Assembly: GCF_037042905.1 (NCBI RefSeq)
Contig: NC_087251.1
Coordinates: forward strand, 35,280,001-35,344,000
DNA length: 64,000 nucleotides
Direction: 5' to 3'
Source: Lytechinus pictus
Lineage: Eukaryota
The notes below the pieces were generated by a model. It was not told the DNA's origin. It saw only the letters and a list, made by a program, of their open reading frames with translations, and made no database searches. Made by a program: the position numbers and the translations under genes. Positions 12,401 to 21,595 of the stretch are shown here, in pieces (positions within the stretch are counted from its first letter, which is position 1; each line of letters opens with the position of its first letter).

Positions 12401-15400
12401 ATAAATTAATATCATATGTTATATTTGAAGTGGTAAAATGCATATATTTTATTTTATCTAGGTTAACCCGTAAACCATTAACCTTAAACTAATCAAAAAC
12501 CTTACTGATTTCTATGTTCATCTTATGCATTAGTAACATTAAATCATCTGCAAATATTATATATGAGAGTACTTCCGAGACAGTAGGAGGATCATTAATG
12601 TATATTAGAAAAAATAGGGGCCCGAGAATCGAACCTTGCGGAATTCCACATGAAATTCGAAGTTCACTTGAGTGGACACCATTGTAATTTACAAACTGTC
12701 TTCTGTTTTTCAAGCATTCTTTAATTTGGCTTGCCTTTGTGTCGGCTTGCCTCCTATCAAATTGGTCCTCATCTTTGTGTTAACTTGTAGACCTAATTTT
12801 CTGGGCCTAATTATATGATTAAAGACATTGTGGTGCTCATCAATATAAAGATAACATTTTGTACCTCTTTTCGGTATCGACAGGCCGTCGCAATGAGGAT
12901 AAATCCGTTATATCTGATGCTCACTACGACTATATGTGCCTCTTTCGCCTTCATGCTTCCTGTAGCTACCCCGCCCAATGCCATAGCATTCGCCAACAAG
13001 GAAATCAAAGTCATTGATATGGTAAGACCTTTAGGACTCGTTACAAATTGATTAGATATTATATCCTACATAGAGTAAATCCTGTATAGTGATTGGTTCA
13101 AGTAGCATCATGTGACCTAATATATTTCAACTATGATGTTGCGTGACGTCAGACCTCGATATATTATAGATATATTGACTGCGATGAGAGGCATGGTTAT
13201 TTCCATAGGCTCGAGGGGACCTCACAACTTGCTATGACCCCAAGGCGCTTGCGCCGCGGGGTCATAGCAAGTTGTAGGTACCCGAGAGCCTATGGAAATA
13301 ACCATGCCTCGAATATTAAAGCAGTCAATATATGTTTTATATGCCGAATTAAGTTTAACTTATCTTAAGCATAATATTTGAATTAGGCCTAGATCTATAC
13401 AAAAAAAAAGGAAATGCCTTACCTGTCATTGTCAATGTCATGTGATCCTGTCATCTCAAAAGCATTCAATTACTCTTACGTTGGGGGTCATATTTAGAAG
13501 AAAACAGTTTAACAATAGTAGACCTTGAAAAGTTTATCCAGGCGACTAACTTTAAAACTCAATTTCAATCCAAAATGTAGTCTTTTATTAAAGTAGAACT
13601 CCTTAACACCAAAGTTACAAAGTCAAAGATCCAGTTTTCTTTTCAAACACGCGAACAGTAACATTTTATGAACCGAATTTCACCAAATTTTAACCATGCC
13701 CGTTGTTAAGGGGCGGATCAGGGGGCAACGGGCAGAAATCTTGTGAACTATGCCCGTTGCCCTTGGAAACCACCTTAGTTTGTTGTTTTGCAGGCATGGT
13801 CAAATACATGACCCAACTTTTGACCAATCAGAGGAATGGATTATTCGACATTTTTAAAGAGAGGTATATAATTTTGGATATATCGAGGTCTCACGTCATT
13901 ATTTCGCAAAACTGGATATCTAGCTAAACTCTCGGGCGCACCGGCCAGCGCACTCTCTCTCCCGGGCAAGTCCAGCGATGCGTCGGCGCAGGCACTAATC
14001 TGCGTTCCGCTGAGCGCGGTGGCTCGGAGAAAAGTAGTTTGTCTTTGGGCCCTTATGATGCCATAAGCCCCTTTCACAATTGACGTACGACCGATTGATG
14101 TGAGGTATAGACCAATTCGAACTCAGAGCAATGTAATATAGCAGCCATAGCTCGGGGCTTCCAATGGGCTGTCCGCCAATCTGCAATGAGCTAGGTGCGC
14201 GTATGTATACGCGTATGTACATATCCTTCTGTTTGAATGAGCAAATAAATTAAACCTGCACCATTACAGGTTTATGTAACAATTAGCTATCTATGATTAA
14301 ACCACAACCTTAGAAGAGTTTAATTTAAACCCGAATTCAGTATACACCGGGGCCTAATTGTTGAGGGAGGAATGCCCTTTACCCTATTTTCTCTAGGTTT
14401 AATTTTTGCCTATATTTTCTATATATATATGGCCTATATGCATGTATTATCGCACTCAGTCGCAGACTGGTCTCTATAGGTCGCTAGCACATGTGCAAGT
14501 GTTGTACGACCTCCAGTCGACTAAATGCGACTACTTAATTGTGCCACCTCTCGCATCATATCGTACAACGTTGAACAACACTCACACGATGATCGCCCGA
14601 CCGATGGTACGATCTGATGCGAGTGAATCGATCGTATTTGATCGCGTTTGGATTTTGAACATATCAAAGTTCAGATGCGACCAGTCACGACCACCTCGAG
14701 TTCGTGCGATCGTCTACAAGTGCTCGCAAGACACCAAGACATCGATTGTGCAACAACAAGAAAAAACTGTTGCAGGCGGTCGTAAATTGGTCGTACTTCA
14801 ATTGTGAAAAGGGCTTAACCGATTGCATAGTAGTGAGTGTCCACGTGAGGCAATACGATCGCTCGTACGATTAAATGAATCCATTGAGACTGGTCGTTCT
14901 ATTCGTATGAGCTGATGTGAGTGAATCGATCGCATTTGACCGTGTTTGGATTTTTGAACATTTTCAAAGTTCAGTTTCAGTTCAGTTCAGTTTGGTTTAT
15001 TTTCATTTCAACTCAAGTCAATTTCACAATAAAAGAAATCATTACAAAGATATAAATGATACAGTTTGACAATATGACATTGTACACATGCGACCAGTCA
15101 CGACCACCGCTTCGGGTTTGTGCGATCGCCCACAACAAGAGCGGATGCTCGTAAGACACCAGCGATCGACCGTGCGTCACCCCCCCCCCCCCCAAAAAAA
15201 AAAAAGTTACAGGCGGTCGTAAAATCATCGGGGATCAATTAATGTGAAAGGGCCATTCACGATGGCTGTAAATAATATCAACATAAAAATGATGCCTCCA
15301 ACTAAAAAAAAAACGTAGACTAATCCATAGTACGATGATCGCGTATCAAATGTAAACGAGGTTTAAAGATGAGTGTATTTCTCTCGATTTTATATTACCT

Positions 15401-16803
15401 CCTTACAAATAAAACTGTTTTCATTGACAATAAAGTCTTGTTGGTCTCATATGAGAAAATACTTTTTCCAATGTGAAATGATGTAAGCCTCTGATTTTAT
15501 TATAATTGGTATAAGATTACTCGTATAAGATTGATTCCATAACCACATTTCGATCCTGGTGGATCCTGGTGGATGTTTCAGAAAGCTGTTCGTAAGTTAA
15601 GAGCAGGCGCGTACGTAGGGAGGGGGGGGGGGGTTACAGGGGTTCACCCCCAGGGTGAAACCCCCATTTTTCTTTTTTTTTGGGCTTGTCAAATTTTCAT
15701 TCAACTCGAACCCCCCCCTTCAAAAATCCTGTGTACGCTACTGGTTAAAACTGACTTTAAGAGCGACTAGTGATCCTTTCTTACGCGCTAAATAATCACC
15801 AATGAAGATGTAATGGTGAATATCATTTACCACGAGAAAGGATCACCAGTTCTCATAGTTATTGTTAACTTACAAACAGCTTTATGAAACGCCCCCAGAT
15901 CAGGGACCCATAAGACAAAGCCTAGCAAATTGATCATGAATAAATTTGAATGAATAATTACGTTTATCACAATGTTCAATCAATCGTATATAGCAATCAA
16001 TCTTAATATGATCAAACGCTAGCTGAAGTTTTGTGTAACAGACCCTAAAATAGTGGCGTAATCGTCTCCCCAAACCTAGATGGAATAACCCAATTACCGT
16101 GTTTACACTTGATCGGCTTTTGGTTCAGAACTGAAAGCCGATGCAGAATCGGCTTTTGGTTTATATTGCACTGCGTTTACACGCTGTTACAGCTCGCGAT
16201 GCAGAATCGGCTCGCGTGTCAAAAACCTGAAATTATACGCACACCAACAATATACGTCATAATAAAGACAACGCTGGATCCGTGCGCTTACCTTTACGTC
16301 ACAATGGTAAAGTAAATGAAATGCGCACCAATTGCCGATGCAGAATCGGCATCTTTTTAATTATACGTAGTAAAAAAGTCGATTCTGCATCGGCTCGCGG
16401 TTCTGAACCTACTACTTTGGTGATGCAAATTGCCGATTCTGAACCGAGAGCCGATGCAAGTTAATCGCGTTTACACGCTATGAAAAAGCCGATGCAAAAG
16501 CCGATTAAGTGTAAATACGGTACAAGGTGGTGGACACTTCAAACATACTGCTATACGACTATCATTTTAAACATATATTTTAGTTATTTTGGCAGTAAAT
16601 CATCTTTTTAAAATGATTTTTTTCAACAGGTAAAAACAGGCTGTCTCCTAAACTTCACGTGTATCTGTATACTGCTTCTCTTCATGAACACACTCGGTCT
16701 GTTGATTTTCGACATCGCACACTTTCCCGATTGGGCCAATAACACCATGAATACCATGGCAACAGATAATATCTTCCATAACTCTACATCGGTACCGTTT
16801 TGA
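312..16803 (+). CDS. SLC13: SLC13/DASS family Na+-coupled di/tricarboxylate or sulfate cotransporter, paralog A; 3' part only (8 coding exons, 5' exons lie before the window)
   Basis: Exons 312-434, 4105-4191, 5491-5595, 6708-6811, 10208-10437, 11306-11467, 12884-13021, 16630-16803 splice in frame with consistent phases. Translation has SLC13 hallmarks PWGVLIVVGGGFALADG, ESGLSxW, NPLYLM, SFAFMLPVATPPNAI, DMVKTG, FPDWA. Sub-family not resolvable by eye. Confidence 0.93.
826..1500 (-). mobile_element. PIF/Harbinger transposase remnant with CpG-rich subterminal segment
   Basis: Minus strand KLAITLRFLATGNSYRSLAYDFRV...WNF...AIDGKHIAIKKP, continuing through frameshifts to YKRFCSVVLMAIVDANYSFLWCNIGA..SSSDG (DDE_Tnp_4-type motifs). 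Confidence 0.88.
2179..3364. mobile_element. Non-autonomous Harbinger-like element with tandemly duplicated 3' half
   Basis: 27-bp TIR AGCCCCTTTCACAATTGACGTACGACC, TTA on both flanks; 2407-2892 repeated at 2893-3364. Confidence 0.85.
3683..3830. mobile_element. Penelope-like pseudo-LTR remnant in inverted arrangement
   Basis: 3683-3737 is an imperfect inverted copy of 3774-3830; same family as 23000-23240. Confidence 0.55.
4105..4191 (+). CDS. SLC13: SLC13 paralog A exon (CKSNRERTSKAKKIRKVIQRAYDDLGPV)
   Basis: tttcag acceptor, gtatgt donor, 87 bp; YxxLGP motif; matches 39412-39498. Confidence 0.9.
4210..4800. repeat. Degenerate (TATTCTA)n 7-mer repeat tract
   Basis: Recurrent tattcta/tattcta-like units, interrupted at about 4390-4560. 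Confidence 0.75.
4935..5290 (-). mobile_element. Terminal-hairpin non-autonomous element (Crypton-like architecture)
   Basis: Long imperfect hairpin 5134-5286 with centre actcggccgcgcctca; body carries tgcgtccggtaa repeats. Confidence 0.5.
5491..5595 (+). CDS. SLC13: SLC13 paralog A exon (FAEWAILAHFVIIVAVWITQDPKVFPGWASLFPP)
   Basis: aag acceptor required by frame, gtgagc donor, 105 bp; DPxxxPGW motif; matches 40059-40163. Confidence 0.88.
6026..6525 (+). mobile_element. Terminal-hairpin non-autonomous element, related to 4935-5290, opposite orientation
   Basis: Hairpin 6026-6153, tandem ttaccggacgcatg units 6210-6310, ends aaccaatcag...ttctataata. Confidence 0.55.
6708..6811 (+). CDS. SLC13: SLC13 paralog A exon (VKSSAPTILIAISLFCFPSERPLRLIRIRDQQMR)
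   Basis: ctttcag acceptor, gtaagc donor, 104 bp; matches 41275-41378. Confidence 0.9.
7015..9075. mobile_element. hAT-like non-autonomous element with gcgcttcgcgctcgca tandem units
   Basis: Inverted ends gccctgggaa...gggggtgctg / cagcaccccc...ttcccagggc; internal repeats 7240-7900. Confidence 0.55.
8151..8967. mobile_element. Tc1/mariner-type MITE with very long TIRs
   Basis: ta-CAGTGCGTCCCA...TGGGACGCACTG-ta, inserted in a (TA)n run; arms about 360 bp. Confidence 0.88.
10208..10437 (+). CDS. SLC13: SLC13 paralog A exon (acidic loop ... KIPWGVLIVVGGGFALADGCV)
   Basis: aaacag acceptor, gtgagt donor, 230 bp; matches 41751-41980. Confidence 0.92.
10467..10748. mobile_element. hAT-like MITE
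   Basis: caggggcggcgc ... gcgccgcccctg termini; TSD not clean. Confidence 0.6.
11306..11467 (+). CDS. SLC13: SLC13 paralog A exon (ESGLSLWLAEQF...LTELTANVVTTTIFLPIVAEM), GC donor
   Basis: ttctag acceptor; ends atg/gcaagt; 162 bp; matches 43672-43833. Confidence 0.88.
11719..12075 (+). mobile_element. tRNA-derived SINE
   Basis: A box TGGCCCAGTGG (11729-11739), B box GGTTCAAATCC (11773-11783), central gcactcgacccgggttaggtaaatggg core, (TAT)-rich tail. Confidence 0.8.
12100..12716 (-). mobile_element. Degenerate CR1/L2-group RT fragment
   Basis: Minus ORF 12489-12713 NRRQFV...CGIPQGSILGPLFFLIYIND...IIFADD; left boundary approximate. Confidence 0.8.
12884..13021 (+). CDS. SLC13: SLC13 paralog A exon (AVAMRINPLYLMLTTTICASFAFMLPVATPPNAIAFANKEIKVIDM)
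   Basis: cag acceptor, gtaaga donor, 138 bp; family signature FMLPVATPPNA. Confidence 0.95.
13160..13870 (+). mobile_element. Terminal-hairpin non-autonomous element (Crypton-like architecture)
   Basis: Near-perfect about 70-bp-arm hairpin 13170-13333; aggcatggt motif recurs near the far end (13793), followed by gaccaatcag...gtatataat. Confidence 0.55.
14066..14815. mobile_element. Second copy of the same Harbinger-like element; diverged partial copy follows to about 15255
   Basis: Same TIRs; 14445-14815 closely matches 2970-3364. Confidence 0.8.
15565..15898. mobile_element. Palindromic MITE (GTTTCATAAAGCTGTTCGTA family) with nested hAT-like MITE at 15604-15743
   Basis: Same family at 686-825 (truncated) and 61518-61702 (intact); nested element CAGG...CTG flanked by gttaagag/gttaaaac. 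Confidence 0.75.
16095..16522. mobile_element. MITE with taccgtgtttacactt TIR and gccgatgcagaatcggc internal palindromes
   Basis: Terminal inverted repeat about 27 bp visible directly. Confidence 0.8.
16630..16803 (+). CDS. SLC13: SLC13 paralog A last coding exon (VKTGCLLNF...FPDWANNTMNTMATDNIFHNSTSVPF*)
   Basis: caacag acceptor; TGA at 16801-16803; C-tail has NNT and NST sequons. Confidence 0.92.
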   Translation, partial: VKTGCLLNFTCICILLLFMNTLGLLIFDIAHFPDWANNTMNTMATDNIFHNSTSVPF

Positions 16804-17016
16804 GATGACACCTTTTGAAGAAATTCTCGAGCTGAAAAAAAGAAGAAAGAAATTGTATCAGTATACTTATCTGTCAAAATAGATTCTTTCAAATATCTTT
16901 ATAATAGGATAATTTTCTTCGTTTTCAGTGTATCCTCTTGTTTGTATTACAAATATTTTCTATAATTTGAGTGATATTACTTTTGGATGGCGTCTGTTTG
17001 ATTCGAAAGACACTAG

Positions 17017-17529
17017 CTGATCTTTCACACGGTAAAAACAAATCGTAATTTGAATGATGATCCCAGTGAAAAATAAGGCTAATTACGATTTTTTTTTAGC
17101 ACGTGTGAAACCAAACTAAAACATGATTAGAATCACGAACGCTTATCACTATCACGAATTCAAATTCTACTCCGGAGGTGAATTCCAGTTAAGTTTCACT
17201 CAAATTACGTTACGAATTTTGCGTGTGAAAGGCTTGAACCTCCAAAACATCATTTTTTTTTTTTTTTTTTTTTTTTTTTGGGGGGGGAGCTTACGTGACC
17301 TTTCAAGCACTTCGATAGATAATACAATTGTCATGCACTCATCGTAGTTTGTATTTACGATGCAGTGCTTTGATTGACAAGTCACCAAGGACACATACCG
17401 CCTTCGCCCGGGAATTCGAATTCAAATCACATTTTTCGAGCGAGCGTGTGAAAGGTCCGATGATTCTAAAGACGAATTGCAATCATCATTACAATGATGA
17501 TTCAAGATTTACGTGTGAAAAGGCCCTAG
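17017..17529. mobile_element. MITE with tttcacacg/cgtgtgaaa ends, just downstream of the paralog A stop
   Basis: Imperfect inverted ends and repeated cgtgtgaaa; absent from paralog B downstream region. Confidence 0.6.
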
Positions 17530-19379
17530 GTTATTTGCGCCCAATTCCTGTTTCTGTGATCACGCCTCTCCAACCATTGTCTTATGTTACTCGGTCAAGT
17601 CGCTCGGATCCTTTCTCACTAGCTTTCTCCATTGGGTCAGCAGAAATCAAAATCTTATGCAAATCCATGTTCTTTCATTATAAATAATGTTTATTAATGC
17701 ATTCTAGATTTCATTTTCTGCGGGAATTTGTTTAGCTGCTCCGATTTTCCATATGACTCATTTTACATCTTCTTTTGTTCTCTTCTTAATTGAACATGAT
17801 TTTTAAGTATTATAATTTTAATAAACCATGAAGATATAAAAGCACATGGTAAATATTTTTTCTCTTTTGATTCTCATTTGATTTTGCTCGAATCTGATTC
17901 ATCTGTAGCACTGTGATTCTTTTTTAGCAGTTTGATAGTGATGGGCTAGTGTAGTATGTTAGCATTTGTTAAAAATTATGGAAAGAACATGTATACGATA
18001 TTCCCACTTCTTTATTGAATTAGAACATGTTTCTTTTCATGTAAATGTTTTTTTTTCTAAATTAAAATCAGAAGATCACTTCATACGGTGTAGTACTCAA
18101 ATACATATCATACAGTTCCGTTGGTAGAATGGTAGTCTCGTCATTCAGCCACCTATGTTTGAAGCAATCCGTGGCCCTTTGACCAGACATCGATCCTCAT
18201 TAGCAGGGGAGGGGCATAGTGGTCTGGTTGTTTACCTATTCATTTTCAAATAAAAACCTTATGAATCACTAATAGATACCCAAAAAGTATTGAAGTTTGT
18301 GATCTTTTCTAGTGTATAAAAGGACACTGAAAATGTGGTTTCTGATAAGACTTGATAAATTTACTCATTGCTCTGAAGTTGAGAAAGTAGAAAGAATCGA
18401 ATTTTGAATATTATAATATCTTTGGCATATTTCCCTTTCAGAAACGGGATAATGAATGTAGGAGACCCGGAATATGATTGTACATATTTACAACTTCTTA
18501 TGCTGCATCATTAATTCTACTTACCAATTATTTCTTTCAAGGATTATAAGAATTAAATTTCATGCATTGAGTGTATTTTTGTGTGATAAATGATGACAGA
18601 CCTGTGAAAGCTTTCCAGATAGGAAAGGGCGATAAGATTTTAAAAAAAAATTAATAATGATGATTTTTCTCTATCAGGTCTCTTCTGTGTTTGTATATAT
18701 AGATGAAGGTTATAATGATATTTGTATGAAATCAGCACGTTCGCATGATCCAAAATTTATATCGATTCGCTCACATTTATATTTATATCCAAAAGGTATT
18801 TGAAACGCTTCTGTATAGGCATATAAAATGTTAAAGGTCTATATAACATTTACATTTACATATGTAATCAAAGCAGTATAGAAGGGCATGTTCTAATACT
18901 TTGTGATTGATGGAATACTTTCAAAGAAAAATGCAACAGTATTGTTTATCTTGATCGTTCAATTTTTTTTAGGATGATTCAGTTTTGATACCGTTTATAG
19001 AAAGTTTTGCACTAATATAAATGAAAAGTGAGGTCAAATGTTTTATGCGTCAGGGTTATCTTTTTACCCAGAATTTTGTATCGGTATTAAACATATCTCA
19101 CTAAAAGAATAAAGAGGTTGCGATGTTTGAGCTGATAATTTTGAGGATCTAGACCTGAAAAATCGGCAAATTTCAAACTATTTTTAATATCATAAACAGA
19201 AAGCGTCCTTAATAAATAGAGCTAATCAACAGGGCCTGTGATCCAGATCACAAACATCGGATAAAATGACAAATTTCACACTATTCAAGTGGAATCTCCA
19301 AGTAAACATAAGGTTGTTTTGGAGCTAGAAGCAGCATCCAAGTATGTAGTGGTAGAAACGAAACCGTGCAAGCTATAAC

Positions 19380-19597
19380 GGTTCCATGACATTTTCCCCG
19401 GCGACAATTGCTCCGCTGTAAATATCACACGCTGATCGAATTACAAACTTCAACCCTGGCTTTTACACTATACCCTACCCTAAACCTAACATAAAACCAT
19501 ATTGCTACCCTAACCCTAATCCTACATCTTACTACTGGGCGAAATGGGCAAAATAAGGTCCAGAGCAATTGTCGCAGGAGCAAATGTCGTGTCACCG
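19380..19597. mobile_element. MITE (gacatttgctcctgcgacaattgctc family) with CCCTAA-like interior
   Basis: Inverted ends; second copy split at 23263-23350 and 24987-25189. Confidence 0.75.
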
Positions 19598-19640
19598 ACA
19601 AACAGGCTTAAACCATATGTTCAGCGTGTAAATGATGAAT

Positions 19641-20581
19641 TAGAAAAAAATGTCCCATCAGCTTAAAATTGTCTTATCGGATGCATGAACATTCAATCAT
19701 CTATTTATTGATATGTCCTAACACAGTTATTCCCCGCGCACATTTTGGTACCATTTTCGTATGGATCTTTGCATGCATGACTGAGTCCGAGACAATCTCC
19801 AATGGGTTGTGAAATCTCAGTTGCGTCAATTTAGAAGGTGAAGAATAAAAACGTATAATTTACACGCAGATATACACACGCATACGCACAACCCTCACCC
19901 TCTTCTGCACGAACACACCCACCCACCTTACCACACAGAGTCACTAACGACGATCTCGGGGCACATCAACTCCTTGATTTCAGCATCATCACTCGATCTG
20001 TTGCAGGCGGTCAGTGGCAAGCCTTTGCCTGTGCACTGGGTGCCCACTACTGGTGTCTGAACCGGCCATTTGATTGATTCCACATCAGGCAAGTCATTCT
20101 GATGGCAGTTTTTATAATTGACAGTTGCCCATTGTCGACCAAAGAAAGGCATAGCCAATGAGATAAGGAGGAATGAGGAAATGGAAATACAGTTTTACAA
20201 TGTGTTTAGGATGCGTGTGTCTGTGTGTGCGTGCGTTAGGGTGTGTGCGTGTGTGTGTGTGGGAGAGAGGTGATGTGTTATGTGGCCGTGGATGCGTGTA
20301 TGATTGGAAGGACGGGTAGGTGCCTTTTTGCGTGCAAACGGTTATAATTTCTTTCACACTTTGTTCTTCATCCAGCAACTTGGCGCAAATGAAATTTACG
20401 ACCTTCTAGTGGAGATTGTCCCGTGGTTGGTCATGCATGCAAAGAACAATGTAAAAATGGAAACCAAACTGTGCAGGGAGAATGACTCTATCAAGACGTT
20501 AATAAATCAATAATTAGATATTCATACTTCAGACAAGGTAACTTTACGCTGATGGGAGATTTTTTTCTGACTCGGTCTGTA
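19641..20581. mobile_element. Old long-TIR DNA element, probably Tc1/mariner-derived
   Basis: 19641-19830 is an imperfect inverted repeat of 20378-20570; right end ...gactcggtctg-ta. Confidence 0.6.
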
Positions 20582-21472
20582 GATCCATGGTAATACTGAA
20601 CTTTAGTTGCACAAGTGGTCTTAAAATAATTGTCCGAAAACACCACCAATCCGGGCCACCAATTCCTCAAGAATTTGGCTTTGATTTTCTTCAGTCAGCC
20701 TGAAGGATTTAAGCCCATTCTGGCGGGATAAGCATCAGCCATTCCATTCATCGTTTTTATTTGGCAAAAGGTCATGATTAACTATTTTTGCCACATCCTA
20801 TATGTAAAGTAGGACAACATTTTTCTTCATTTTTTTTTTTTTTTTTTTAATGAAATACTATTCTAATCAACATTTGAAATAATGAGAGAAAACCAAAAAT
20901 CAACACCACAAATAAGCTTACAAGCGAAACAAAACACTGATGAATAGGAGCCTATGATATCAGCAAATTATACTGAGGGGGAATACTTCCCGAATACGAT
21001 AAAGGTTGTTATTCGATGGTCTATTAAAATGATAATAAAGAACATCCTCACTAACAAAAGGGGATAAAATTTCAAATACTGAAGTTCTTAGATACTTAAA
21101 ATTCTCAGTGTACCATGCATCACTTATCTTTATTGATACTAGATTTGTGATACATACCGCGTAATTTTCAATATAATTTACATAGTTCAAATAATCTCAG
21201 TGAGATATATTTTCTTTTCATCAATCTTTTGTGCGAAACGCTGAATGCCGGGCACGTGGAAACATGCAAACCTTCCGAAGAATTGGATGAGTTGTCATGA
21301 AATAAAGGGCCTTTCTGAGAGATTAATGAAGCGCAAAAAGATATACTAAACGCTTCTGCACTCATTCAAACGTATTTTTTTGGTTTCGATAAGACTGTAA
21401 ACATCGTCTCTGCTTCGTGTTACTTCATTTTGGTCGATTTTAGTGCAATATTTTCCTCGTGTTCTACTTGCA

Positions 21473-21595
21473 ATGGTTCAAGGCTTGTCTAAGAAAGAGA
21501 AGATCCAATTGTGGTGGAGACTTACGAGGAACTATGTCGTCATTGCTTTGGTTTTATTAATATTATGCCCGATACCAGTAGTTATGAACACCCAG
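21473..21595 (+). CDS. SLC13: SLC13 paralog B coding exon 1 (MVQGLSKKEKIQLWWRLTRNYVVIALVLLILCPIPVVMNTQ)
   Basis: ATG in gcaATGg context, cag/gtatgt donor, hydrophobic N-terminal helix ending in PxP. Confidence 0.8.

Noticed and set aside
19470..19525. CCCTAA telomere-like repeats (also about 25000-25050, 60120)
   Set aside because: Short and degenerate; the first two are internal to a MITE family; not an interstitial telomere
21372..21443. Possible short 5' UTR intron of paralog B
   Set aside because: Plausible acceptor but weak donor; cannot be supported without transcripts
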